DNA of 59,974 nucleotides. It comes from an uncultured Candidatus Saccharibacteria bacterium (GTDB lineage Bacteria; Patescibacteriota; Andersenbacteria; UBA10190). Position numbers and translations under genes: made by a program. Positions 30,881 to 40,488 of this stretch are shown piece by piece. The notes beneath the pieces are model-generated. The model saw nothing but the letters and a program-made list of their open reading frames with translations, was not told the DNA's origin and made no database searches. The stretch's first letter is position 1, and each line of letters begins with the position of its first letter. Location of the stretch: assembly GCA_964392095.1 (NCBI GenBank), contig CAYMOF010000006.1, forward strand, positions 1 to 59,974, given 5' to 3'.

Positions 30881-33310
30881 TCACTCTCTTAATTCAGCGT
30901 CTAGTTCCGCCTTAAGTTGGGCCACGATATTGTTATGAACCTCGTTTATTTCCTGGTCTTTAAGAGTGTGGGTTGGTGACTGGTAGGTTATGTGAAAAGT
31001 CAAACTGCGGCGGGGGGAAGCTTCCCCAGACAGATTATCCGACTCATAGATATCAATGAGGTCCGTATCTTTTACAATGTCTCCTCCCACAGTTTCAATC
31101 AGGGACTGTATTTTATCGATGGGGAATTTGGGATCAATAAGAATTGAAAGGTCTCTGTAGGAGGCGGGATACTTGCCCTGTTTAATATATTGGCGGGGCT
31201 TTTCCTCTTTTGCCAAGTTTGGTTTAGGGACAACGTCGGTGAGTTCTACCAAAAGATCAAGACTGATTTCAAACATCATCATAGCAAGACCAGTTTGTTG
31301 ATAGAAGGGGGTGACAGGATTTAATGAACCAATGATGCCAAGAAGGTTATTGCTGAATTTGATTTGGCAAGCGTTATCACTCCAGAAATCGACTGGTTTA
31401 ATCTTTGAGTAAATAACGGGATTTATGTCAAAAAGTCTTAAGATATTTTCAATAATTGCCTGGGTCAATTCAAAAGAAGCGTTACGGCCGATAATCACGC
31501 CGGCAATTTTGTCTTCTTCTTTTACTCCTGCAACGCGTGTTGATTTTCCAGCGGTAAAAACGTGGTTTATCTCGAACAAAGCCCTTTCTTCATCGCCAGA
31601 TAATTTACGAAAGTGTTGCTTATTAGCGAGAGCGTTGTTAATGATGCGAGGCAGAAGGGTGGTTCTTAAGAATTTTTGCTCTTGGGATCGAGGATTAGCG
31701 ATCTCAAGTTTTTCGGTGTCGGCAATTTTCAGATTAAGTTTTTCAAGAATGGGCTCAAATTCAAAGGAGTAATTATATGTCTCGGTTAAGCCGGTATTAA
31801 TAAGAGTGTCTCGAACGGCTTCGCGCCATATATAGTGCTGGGGAAGTTTAACGATTTGATTAAATGATTCTTTTTGGGAATTTATGTTAGATAAACCATA
31901 CACACGAATAACTTCTTCGGCTAAATCATGATCGAGCATTAAATCAAGCCTGTCATCCGGAACGGTCACAGACCAATCGGTTTTTGAAGTGTTTACGGAG
32001 CAACGGAGCCGAGTAAGGATGTCTTTGATTGTCTGGTTATCAATGTTTATTCCCGCTAGGTCACAAATCAATGAAGGGTTGATGGTTATTATCTTTTTTG
32101 ATGGTTTTTGGGGATTGGTGTTGGAAAACCACTCAACATTTGCCTCTGCCAGGCTATTAAGCAAGTAAGCTGCTCTGGCCGCTGCTTGAGAGGCTAGCTG
32201 AATAGGAAGCTGGCGAGTGAATCTAGCCGAGCTTTCGGTGGATTTCTTTATAGCCGCACAGGATTGCTGGACAACAAATCCTTTGAAATTGGCGGACTCA
32301 AGTATAATTTCTTCAGTAACGGGAGTTACTTGAGTTGTTTGGCCGCCAATAATTCCAGCGACAGCAACGGGTTTGTCTCCGCTGGTAATGAGTAAATTAT
32401 CAGAGGTAAGAGAAGAGCTCGTGTTATCCAGATTTTTTATTTGCTCTCCCCTTTTTGCTCTTCTGACTAATATGTTTTTCTCGGGAAGTTTTTGGATATC
32501 AAAGGCGTGAACAGGATTGCCGATTTCATACATTACGTAGTTGGTAATATCGACAACGTTATTAATAGGGTGGACCCCCATGGCCCAGAGCCGGCTTTGA
32601 AGCCAAAGAGGAGAGGTTTTTATTTTAATGTTTTTAAACAAAGAGGCTGTGTATCGGGGCGTGTCCTTTTCGTTTTCTATGGTAAAGGACCAGTTTTCGA
32701 TATTTTTTCTTTCGGGAAGATCGAAATATTCCGGTTCTTCAACTTTTAAATTAAATAAGGCGGCAATTTCTCTGGCCAGTCCAAGATGAGAAAAACAGTC
32801 GTGAGCGCGGTTGGGTTGAATGTCAGCTTCAATGATAGTGTCCGGAATAATAAGGTCGGCGAGCCTGGAGCCGACGGGAGTGTCCGGCGGTAGTAAATAA
32901 ATACCACCGTGCCAAGGTCCCAAGGATAATTCGCGGGGAGAGTTTAGCATGCCGGGACTGCTAACGCCACGGATTTTGGCCTCTTTTACCAAAAATGGGT
33001 TTTTGTCATCTCCCCTTACTTCAGCGCCGGGCGGGCTATAGGGAACCACGTCGCCTGCGCTAATATTTTTAGCCCCGCAGACAACCTTGGTTTCTTTTGA
33101 CCCGTCGGTGATGGTAACAAGGTTGAGACGATCCGCCCTCGGATGTTTTTCTACATGTAGTATTTTGACCACTTTAATAAGCGGATTAATGGATATCTTG
33201 TTTATTATTTCAGTTTCAAAACTATGGCTGGTGAGCGATTCGGCTAGTTCGGATACCGTGACATCCAAGTCGGGAACTAAGTCTTTTAACCAATTGTGTG
33301 AGAAAATCAT
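30881..33310 (-). CDS. pheT: Phenylalanyl-tRNA synthetase beta subunit
   Basis: MIFSHNWL, HPRADRL, VVCGAKN, PNRAHDCFSH, INNVVDITNY, C-terminal FDX-ACB domain; the ORF-track start at 33430 overlaps pheS. Confidence 0.98.
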   Translation of the reverse strand: MIFSHNWLKDLVPDLDVTVSELAESLTSHSFETEIINKISINPLIKVVKILHVEKHPRADRLNLVTITDGSKETKVVCGAKNISAGDVVPYSPPGAEVRGDDKNPFLVKEAKIRGVSSPGMLNSPRELSLGPWHGGIYLLPPDTPVGSRLADLIIPDTIIEADIQPNRAHDCFSHLGLAREIAALFNLKVEEPEYFDLPERKNIENWSFTIENEKDTPRYTASLFKNIKIKTSPLWLQSRLWAMGVHPINNVVDITNYVMYEIGNPVHAFDIQKLPEKNILVRRAKRGEQIKNLDNTSSSLTSDNLLITSGDKPVAVAGIIGGQTTQVTPVTEEIILESANFKGFVVQQSCAAIKKSTESSARFTRQLPIQLASQAAARAAYLLNSLAEANVEWFSNTNPQKPSKKIITINPSLICDLAGINIDNQTIKDILTRLRCSVNTSKTDWSVTVPDDRLDLMLDHDLAEEVIRVYGLSNINSQKESFNQIVKLPQHYIWREAVRDTLINTGLTETYNYSFEFEPILEKLNLKIADTEKLEIANPRSQEQKFLRTTLLPRIINNALANKQHFRKLSGDEERALFEINHVFTAGKSTRVAGVKEEDKIAGVIIGRNASFELTQAIIENILRLFDINPVIYSKIKPVDFWSDNACQIKFSNNLLGIIGSLNPVTPFYQQTGLAMMMFEISLDLLVELTDVVPKPNLAKEEKPRQYIKQGKYPASYRDLSILIDPKFPIDKIQSLIETVGGDIVKDTDLIDIYESDNLSGEASPRRSLTFHITYQSPTHTLKDQEINEVHNNIVAQLKAELDAELRE

Positions 33311-33351
33311 CGGGAGAAGAAAATAGAAATAAAGAAAATGAAAAAGGATGG

Positions 33352-34371
33352 TTAAGAGAATTGGCGAAGGAAGAATATATCGCCGGACCAGAATAATCGA
33401 ATGTCGTCTATGCCGTGCCGCAACATGCAAAGACGATCATATCCTCCACCAAAAGCGTATCCTTGAAATTGGGAAGGGTTGATATTCATGTTCTTTAATA
33501 CGTTGGGATGAACCATGCCCGCTCCAAAAATTTCAATCCAACCTGTTTTTTTACAGATTCGACAACCTTCTTGACGACAAAAAAGACAGCTTATATCAAC
33601 TTCAAAGCCAGGTTCAACAAAGGGAAAATATGAGGGTCTTAACCGAGTCGTTATTTTTGTAGAAAAAAAACGGGTGAACACGGTTTCGATGGTGTGTTTA
33701 AAGTGGGCTATGGTTACGTTCTTACCAATTTCAAGTCCTTCTACTTGATGAAAGGTAGCTTCATGAGTAGCGTCAGTGCGTTCGTTGCGAAAGCAACGAC
33801 CTGTAGAAAAAACCCTAAAAGGAGGAATCAGGTCGTTTTCGAGAACAGCCCTTAGTTGAACTGGGGAAGTGTGAGTACGCATAACGTGTCCGTTCTTTAA
33901 GTAGAAAGTATCCGTTTCGGCTCGGGCAGGGTGCTCAAAAGAAATGTTAAGCAAATCGAAATTATATTTTGCTTCTTCTACGTAGGGTCCTTCTACCAAG
34001 AGAAACCCCATGTCAGATAAAATGTTTTGAATTCGTCTAGCAGTAATGGTGAGGGGGTGAAGATGGCCGCGGCTGGTTTCTTCGGGCTGAGATATTTTAT
34101 TTATCAAAGCAGATTCCGGGTGTATTTCTTTCTTTTTTTTAGAATAAAGTTGTTCAAGCCTTTTTCGGATAGTGTTACCAAGTTGACCAATGGTGCGTTT
34201 TTTTTCAACGGGTAGGTTTTTTATGCCTCTTAGTATCATGGGAACCAATCCGCGACGGCCGATATATTTAATACGCCATCTTTCAAGGGCCTCGGGGCTG
34301 GAAACGCTGTTTAGAGATGATTCAGCTTCTTTTTTGATCGATTTTAGATTGTCTTTTGGATGTTTGGTCAT
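33352..34371 (-). CDS. pheS: Phenylalanyl-tRNA synthetase alpha subunit
   Basis: GHLHP, HPARAETDTFY, RTHTSPVQ, FHQVEG, RPSYFPFVEP, GAGMVHP. Confidence 0.99.
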   Translation of the reverse strand: MTKHPKDNLKSIKKEAESSLNSVSSPEALERWRIKYIGRRGLVPMILRGIKNLPVEKKRTIGQLGNTIRKRLEQLYSKKKKEIHPESALINKISQPEETSRGHLHPLTITARRIQNILSDMGFLLVEGPYVEEAKYNFDLLNISFEHPARAETDTFYLKNGHVMRTHTSPVQLRAVLENDLIPPFRVFSTGRCFRNERTDATHEATFHQVEGLEIGKNVTIAHFKHTIETVFTRFFSTKITTRLRPSYFPFVEPGFEVDISCLFCRQEGCRICKKTGWIEIFGAGMVHPNVLKNMNINPSQFQGYAFGGGYDRLCMLRHGIDDIRLFWSGDIFFLRQFS

Positions 34372-34735
34372 AACTTAGAAAAACAAGCTCAACACAAAGC
34401 ATTAATATAATAATAATGACAGCTATCCACCATTTGTATAGTTTAATGAGTAATAGTAAAAGCAAGCAATCAAGAAACAGGCTGGTAAGAATTCCTTGGC
34501 GCAAAGATGAGCGCAGAGAATAGCTCGGAAAATGAGAAGGTTTAAGAAGGCGCCTGATACCATAACCCAATAACGATAACATGCCAGCCATTGATATGAA
34601 TAACACAAGAAAGAAAAGAAAGAGGCCTTGCCAGCCAGCCTTGGCCGGGTCTAGAAAGTTAATAATAAGGCCAAACACAATCCAGGAAAAAGCGGTAGCG
34701 ATAAACAAACTGATTATAGAGACGCGTATGGTCAT
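34322..34735 (-). CDS. Hypothetical 4-TM membrane protein
   Basis: 137 aa hydrophobic ORF with DP and SLRQG motifs, directly upstream of pheS. Confidence 0.75.
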   Translation of the reverse strand: MTIRVSIISLFIATAFSWIVFGLIINFLDPAKAGWQGLFLFFLVLFISMAGMLSLLGYGIRRLLKPSHFPSYSLRSSLRQGILTSLFLDCLLLLLLIKLYKWWIAVIIIILMLCVELVFLSYDQTSKRQSKIDQKRS

Positions 34736-34849
34736 TGGATTAGAATAGTGAATCCAGAATGATCAATTTATTAATTAAGCTTAACACAATGAAAGGCAAT
34801 CACAGGATTTTTGATATGTATCACAGCCCGATGTATTTTGCACAAGTGA

Positions 34850-34957
34850 CTAGGCTAGCTTCCAGGCAATAAACCAAAGGATAGCAGCAATCAGTATCAG
34901 TTTAAACCAGGGTAAATGGTCTTTTGGTTCCTGTTCTATCTCGTAGGGTTGACGCAC
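34850..34957 (-). CDS. Putative 35-aa single-TM small protein
   Basis: GTG start, MRQPYEIEQEPKDHLPWFKLILIAAILWFIAWKLA*; below the ORF-track length cutoff. Confidence 0.45.
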   Translation of the reverse strand: MRQPYEIEQEPKDHLPWFKLILIAAILWFIAWKLA

Positions 34958-35061
34958 GGGATTTAAAATTAAAAATAAAGAAATTAAAACTTGAGTTCTA
35001 TTGTGTGGGGCAAGTGGTAGGTGTTTTTAGTTGTGGAAGGATAACTGTTTTATTTGGAAGG

Positions 35062-35136
35062 CGGGCCCGACCGGACTTGAACCGGCGGCCTTCTGCGTGA
35101 CAGGCAGACGCTCTAACCAAGCTGAGCTACGGGCCC
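35062..35136 (-). tRNA. tRNA-Asp(GTC)
   Basis: GGGCCCG acceptor stem, TCTGC-CTGTCAC-GCAGA anticodon arm, GGTTCAAGTCC T arm; full CCA not encoded. Confidence 0.97.
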
Positions 35137-35232
35137 CTAAAGCCTTTCGGTATATGTAAGAATACAAAAACGAGGAGACTTGTCCAGTTGGGGGTCGAGG
35201 TATCTATAATTTTGTTAAGGGGGGAGGGTGTT

Positions 35233-35269
35233 AAAAAAATGAGGACAGCGGATGAGTTAGGCTGCCCTC
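35233..35269 (-). terminator. Terminator after the prepilin-like small gene
   Basis: GAGGGCAGC-loop-GCTGTCCTC then ATTTTTTT on the - strand. Confidence 0.6.
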
Positions 35270-35304
35270 GAAAGACGCATAGTCTCAGATAGGTTTAAAG
35301 GTTC

Positions 35305-35511
35305 TTAAACGAATTGTTCGGGGAATGGTCGGTCGGCCGTGCGCCGGCTCGGCGCTTCTTGACGTTCTATGACAGGTGGAGGCGGCGGCGCTGTTCGGGG
35401 TTGAGAAGGCTTTCTTTTTATACAGGAAAAGCACAGAACGGCGGCTAATATCGCACATAGGCCGGCTACAACAATCATTTCCGGAAGAGTAAACGTGCGC
35501 GGGGCTTCCAT
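35305..35511 (-). CDS. Small protein with a prepilin-like N-terminus and Pro-rich tail
   Basis: RT-FTLPEMIVVAGLCAILAAVL resembles [17 protein letters not shown]; promoter TTGACA-17-TAAATT at 35592-35620; terminator downstream. Confidence 0.55.
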   Translation of the reverse strand: MEAPRTFTLPEMIVVAGLCAILAAVLCFSCIKRKPSQPRTAPPPPPVIERQEAPSRRTADRPFPEQFV

Positions 35512-35692
35512 TTGTCCATTCTTTCTGAATTTGTGGAGAGTTTAAAGAGAACATGTACTAGAGAGCCGTCTTGAGAGACTCAGGTGTTCAGAATTTATTA
35601 CAATACAATATATTTGTCAATAAGGCAACGTTGTTAAAAATATTTAATATGGTTATATATACGTAAGCTCTGGCAGAATAAATGGTTAACAA

Positions 35693-35766
35693 GGCGGGGT
35701 AGCTCAGTTGGTTAGAGCGCGGGACTCATAAGCCCGAGGTCGAGAGTTCGATTCTCTCCCCCGCTA
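35693..35766 (+). tRNA. tRNA-Met(CAT), probably elongator
   Basis: GGCGGGG acceptor, CTCATAA loop, GTTCGATT T loop; CCA not encoded. Confidence 0.93.
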
Positions 35767-36038
35767 CGTAAATAGGTGCAAATAAAGACAACACCCCTTA
35801 ATGGGATGTTGTAAAGCCCCCTGTAAAAGAGGTTGCTCTCTTAAAGCCTAGTCAGAGGGTTTGGTCTGTGTGTTTTTCAAACTTACTCTACTAGGTTCTA
35901 TGCTTATATTTTTAACAATTATTGCTCCTTTTGCAATGGATTGTTGTGTTAAGTTTGTTAATTATAAGTGACAGTTAAATCAATTTTATTCTGGAAAAAC
36001 AGTGGTTTGGTTATTAGGAGCGCTTGGAAGCTTTTAAA

Positions 36039-36067
36039 TTGCGCAATAGAATTTTTTCAGATATAAT
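36039..36067 (+). promoter_or_regulatory. Promoter of tRNA-fMet, followed by boxA-like TGTTCTTTGTCA and a GCAA hairpin
   Basis: TTGCGC-17 bp-TATAAT; boxA-like 36075-36086; CCCGTCAC-GCAA-GTGATGGG 36091-36110. Confidence 0.7.
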
Positions 36068-36116
36068 TGTCAAATGTTCTTTGTCATTTTCCCGTCACGC
36101 AAGTGATGGGATATAT

Positions 36117-36188
36117 CGCGGGGTGGAGAAGCAGTATCTCGCCTGGCTCATAACCAGGAGGTCGCAGGTGCAATTCCTGCCCCCGCTA
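36117..36188 (+). tRNA. Initiator tRNA-fMet(CAT)
   Basis: C1 unpaired with T72, A11-T24 pair, CCTGG-CTCATAA-CCAGG arm; CCA not encoded. Confidence 0.93.
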
Positions 36189-36199
36189 CATGGAAAAAC

Positions 36200-36231
36200 A
36201 AGTTCGCGTAAAACGCGAGCTTGGTGTTTTT
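36200..36231 (+). terminator. Terminator-like hairpin after tRNA-fMet
   Basis: AAGTTCGCGT-AAA-ACGCGAGCTT then GGTGTTTTT. Confidence 0.55.
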
Positions 36232-36287
36232 ATAAAATAGAATAGCGTTAAATGGGTCTTTTTTTGTGTGGTATTATTCGGCTTGTT

Positions 36288-38041
36288 ATGAAAAAAAATA
36301 TAATCAGTTATTGCCGAGGCCTTATTAATGAACCGATATTTAGATGGGTGGTTATAAGTTTGCCCTTTTTACTCCTTTTTGCCGCCATAACTGTTCATGG
36401 GGTAGATGTTCCTGCTAAGGACACTCTTTTTTTTGTTCCTTTAATAAATGATCTGGTTAATGGTCAAAGCGGAGCCTGGAAAGGTCTGTTATCTGTGCAG
36501 TTAAATGAACACCGACCCATGTTGCCGGTTTTGATTATTTGGATGGTTACTGTTTCAGTCGGTTGGCATGCTAAATACCTGCTCATCATAAATGTAATTA
36601 TTGTATTTATTTTGTTTTTGTTTATACAAAAACTGGCCGAGGCTGTGTTTAAAAAATCCCTAAAGAAAAGCGAGTTTTTTGTGTGGTCTATTTTTTCAGC
36701 GGTGTTTTTGAGCTCTTTATCGCAGTGGGAAATTTGGATGGATGCCACTACTCTTAATTTAACCTTGGGGTTAACCGCTTCAGTAGGCGCAATATTGTTT
36801 GCGTATCGGAGTCGCTCGACCGTGGTTGGTTTTTGGGGAGCGGCAACGTTGTGTTTTTTGGCTTCATTTTCAGCCAGCTACGGGCTATTTTCCTGGCCGG
36901 TTGTGGCTTTGCTTATTATAGGGAGGTTATTTAGAAATTCTGCCGATAATGCGGTTATTGATAAAAAGATGGCTGTGTTTATATTGAGTGTTTGGCTGAT
37001 ATTAATGGCGGGAACGGTTAGCTTGTATTTTGGTTTTTATGAGGCTCCTAAGTGGCCCCTCCCTTGTCATATGGTTTTTTAAAACCCCTTGAGCTATTGG
37101 CTTTTGGCCTAGTCATATTGGGCTTGTCAATCTTTCCCGTGAATATTTATTGGGCAGTAGGTGCGGGGGTGATCCTGCTTATATTAGTGACAGCGGTTTT
37201 TTTAAGTTCAGTCAGTTTTTTTAGCGAGATTCAGAAAGAGAGATTGTATTCCTGGCTGTCCCTCATTCTTTTTGGTCTTTTATGCGCAGGAGCAATAGCG
37301 GTAGGCAGGGTGGGCTTTGGGATAAATAAGGCTATGTTGTCTAGATATATTATTGCTTCCAATATTGTACTGGTGTCCACTTCTTTGCCTGTGTATGTTT
37401 TATGGAGAAGGGTGATAAGAAAAAGTCTGTGGTTTTTACTAGCTGTGTCTTTAATAACAACTAATCTTGTTATAGGGTTTGGTTATTGGCAGGATATGTC
37501 AGCTATGAGCGCCGAGTTGCAACAAGGCTTGGCTTGCTTGCAGACTTACAAAAAATCTTCGGAAGGATGTCTGGAAAAGTTGGGACATAGCGCGATCAGC
37601 GGTGAAGACGTGAGAAAAGCAGCGCCTGTTCTAAATAAATTAGGAGCTTTTAAAGAGTGGCGGGTGCCCATTAATGTTTTTTATAATGAGTCGCCGGGCC
37701 GAGAGCATGGTAAGTTTCAAACTGATTTGAATCTAATAAAAAAATCCTGGGTTAATTTTCAGGGTTGGGCGTTTTTAGATAACTGCGATGTGCCTGAACA
37801 TATAGTAATTACTTTCGGAGAGGATAATAATTTTTTAGCCCACACAAAACCCGTTTTAAAGCGCGAGCATGGAAAAATTGATTGTAGGAAGAACGCTGTT
37901 TATTCCGGCTGGGCGGTAAGTGTTGGGGGTCAAAGGTTGTCGAGAGCTCTGGATTCACGATTAATAAGGGCCTGGGCTTATGATCCTAAAAGAAACTCAC
38001 TTATACTATTGCCGAATGGTCCGCCTTTCGTTGATCCATAG
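36288..38041 (+). pseudogene. Multi-TM membrane protein (GT-C-like, glycosylation-associated) split by a -1 frameshift near 37050-37082
   Basis: ORF 36252/36288-37082 (VPAKD, QLNEHR, SQWE, GLFSWP) and overlapping ORF 37052-38041 (AVGRVGFG, SRY, periplasmic GWA domain) look like two halves of one protein. Confidence 0.7.
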
Positions 38042-39256
38042 CAATGCCCCCAGGGTTATAAAAACAGAGATGACGCTAACATAGCTTGTATTAAAGAAAC
38101 GGCTTAAGAACCAAAAGGCCCAAATAAAGATAGCGTAGTTAATAAAAATGAGGCTTAATTGATTACCATTAATTTGGTGGCGTATTAGTAAGTACAAGAG
38201 GGGAAGCAGTAATAATTGAAAAAGATAAAAGGGGAAATATGCCTGGTCATTTAGTATAATTCCGTGATTTACCAAGAAATTACTTAATCCTATTCCCTTT
38301 ATAGGATAACTGGTGGGCAAGTTGCCGGCAGGATAGTAATAAACATCATCCAGAAAAGCCGAATAATCCCACAACATAAAAGGAAGAATTGAGCTTGTGA
38401 TAATTAATATAAAGGGAATAATTTTATCACCAAGGTGCTTTTTAAAATAGCCCGACTGCCAGATATGCAAAAAATGGAAGGGGGAAATAAACCAAGCAGA
38501 GTGTTTGGTGGTAATGGCCAGCGCCAAAAAAATGAGTGATGACTGAAAATGTTTTTTCTTGAGGAGCAATAAGGAAAACAAAAGAAGGCTGATAAAAATA
38601 ATGTCGTCCAGGCCTTCAATAAAATGCGGAACTAAAAGGGGGTTGAGTCCAAAAGTAATTGTGGCTAGTATTTTATCTTCTCGTCTATCGAAAAGCCGAT
38701 AAACAATAAAGAGTGAAAAAATAAACGAAAGCAGGTGTATGACTCGCTGATCATACCAAGAAAAGAGAGTGTTGCTTATGTAGTAGAAAGGAATTGATAA
38801 ATATAGGTGGGAAGGTAAAGAGATGAAATGATAAAGAGCGGGGTTATTATCCCAGTCTTCCCAAAGGGCCATAGGAGTATCTGTATAATCATGAGAATAG
38901 GGGTTTTTGCCTTCAGATAAAAATTTTAATCCCTCTTCCAGCTGAAGGGCATGATCGTGGGTAAACATGTGAGGGGCGCTAATGCAGCGGGAATACAATT
39001 CGGTTATAAAGCTATTACCCACGGTGTAGCAAATTATTAATAATATCAGGGCATATTTAGCTTTAAATATTTTTTTGTTCAGATTCGGCTTGAAAATTGA
39101 AATTAGGGTGTAAAGGAACACCGCCACAGTAGCAATGGTCTGGAGAGGGTTTAAAACCGTTACTTTTTCTGAATAAAGGTAGAGATAGAATAGAATAATT
39201 AAAATGGCGGCGTCTATCATGGGGATGTGGTAGAAAAATTCGGATAATCTTACCAC
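38006..39256 (-). CDS. GT-C fold membrane glycosyltransferase (GT87/PMT-like)
   Basis: Multi-TM; HD...GKNPY, FGLNPL, EGLDDI, LAITTKHSAW. Confidence 0.75.
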   Translation of the reverse strand: MVRLSEFFYHIPMIDAAILIILFYLYLYSEKVTVLNPLQTIATVAVFLYTLISIFKPNLNKKIFKAKYALILLIICYTVGNSFITELYSRCISAPHMFTHDHALQLEEGLKFLSEGKNPYSHDYTDTPMALWEDWDNNPALYHFISLPSHLYLSIPFYYISNTLFSWYDQRVIHLLSFIFSLFIVYRLFDRREDKILATITFGLNPLLVPHFIEGLDDIIFISLLLFSLLLLKKKHFQSSLIFLALAITTKHSAWFISPFHFLHIWQSGYFKKHLGDKIIPFILIITSSILPFMLWDYSAFLDDVYYYPAGNLPTSYPIKGIGLSNFLVNHGIILNDQAYFPFYLFQLLLLPLLYLLIRHQINGNQLSLIFINYAIFIWAFWFLSRFFNTSYVSVISVFITLGALLWINERRTIRQ

Positions 39257-39303
39257 AAAAATATTATTTCTGTAATTGGGTTTGTGTCTGGTATTTTAAG
39301 GTA

Positions 39304-40488
39304 GTGAAGCGAAAATTATTTTTATTTTTTGCCCTTTTTACAATTGCTTTTGGCGTACAGTTTTTTACTTGGCGGGTAACCACCATGACGGATGAAGAGC
39401 TGTGGACGAAAAGAGTCGAACAGATGTTTAATGACTTAAAAGGCGGTAACCGAAATTTGGATCAAAATAAGTACTCTGAACATCCCGGTATGCCGGTTGT
39501 GTTGGCGGCCTGTTTTGGAAAAGCGACAGGAATGAGCGCCAAAGAAGGTTTAAAATTGTCTGTCGCTATTATAAACGCGTTGGTTATTACGGGCGCGGCT
39601 TGGTGGGCTAAAAAAATAATTCCGGATAGTTTTTGGTGGGTCGGTGTTTGGGGCATGGTTCTTTTTAATCCTCTTTATTATCACGCCAGCCCCACCGACG
39701 CGGTGGCGGCGCCGCTGACAGTAATTATATTTCTGATGGCTTGGCGACATTTGAAAAAGAGAAAAAAGGTGTCTTTAGCTTCTTCTTTGGTTCTGGGTTT
39801 ACTGATGGGAGTCGGCCTGGCAACCCGTCTTCACTTTTTTATTTTATTTTTAGCGCCGCTATTTGTTTTCTTGATTATGGCAAATGGATTAAGACGAGTG
39901 CTGATTATCGGATTAAGCGGATTGGTCTGGATGCAGGCTCTTAATGTCTTAGCATGGTACAGTCCAATTAATTTTTTTAGAGCCGCTTTGTTTGGACAGC
40001 TTGGATTTTACACGGGCTCGTCTTTAAATGATATGGGAAGGGTTTCGGTACAGTTTGTTGACTTTTTGTTGTTTGGACCGCTGGCATTGTGGTCTATTTT
40101 TCTGGCAGTTTTTATCATGCTGATACCGGAATTTAAGAGAATAGTGGAACGAGGCTGTCTGTTAGTTTTGTTTATCAGTACATTGATATCGGTCTCATTT
40201 TTGCTGGGGTCAAGTCTTCAGTCTTTGAGATATTTCTATCCCCTATTTTTTTTGTGGGAAGCGTTTTTGCCTTTGTGGTTACTGTTGCTCGCGAGTAAAA
40301 TAAAGTTATCTTCCGCCAGTTACGGGTTACAAAAAATAACGAGAAAAAGAAAAATTATTGGGCCGGTTTTGGTGGGAGGTTTGATAATAAGCCAAGCTTT
40401 TATGATGATCTATACCTATTATCTGCCGGCTAGAGAATATTTGGTGGATTGGCAAAGAGTTTCTAAAGAAATAACAAAAAACAAATGA
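39304..40488 (+). CDS. GT-C fold membrane glycosyltransferase (ArnT/PMT-like)
   Basis: DE motif after TM1 (TMTDEELW), EHPGMP, FNPLYY, GLATR, SLRYFYP. Confidence 0.7.
   Translation: MKRKLFLFFALFTIAFGVQFFTWRVTTMTDEELWTKRVEQMFNDLKGGNRNLDQNKYSEHPGMPVVLAACFGKATGMSAKEGLKLSVAIINALVITGAAWWAKKIIPDSFWWVGVWGMVLFNPLYYHASPTDAVAAPLTVIIFLMAWRHLKKRKKVSLASSLVLGLLMGVGLATRLHFFILFLAPLFVFLIMANGLRRVLIIGLSGLVWMQALNVLAWYSPINFFRAALFGQLGFYTGSSLNDMGRVSVQFVDFLLFGPLALWSIFLAVFIMLIPEFKRIVERGCLLVLFISTLISVSFLLGSSLQSLRYFYPLFFLWEAFLPLWLLLLASKIKLSSASYGLQKITRKRKIIGPVLVGGLIISQAFMMIYTYYLPAREYLVDWQRVSKEITKNK

Noticed and set aside
33311..33430. 40-aa N-terminal extension of PheT in the ORF track
   Set aside because: Overlaps pheS; the conserved PheT start MIFSHNWL is at 33310
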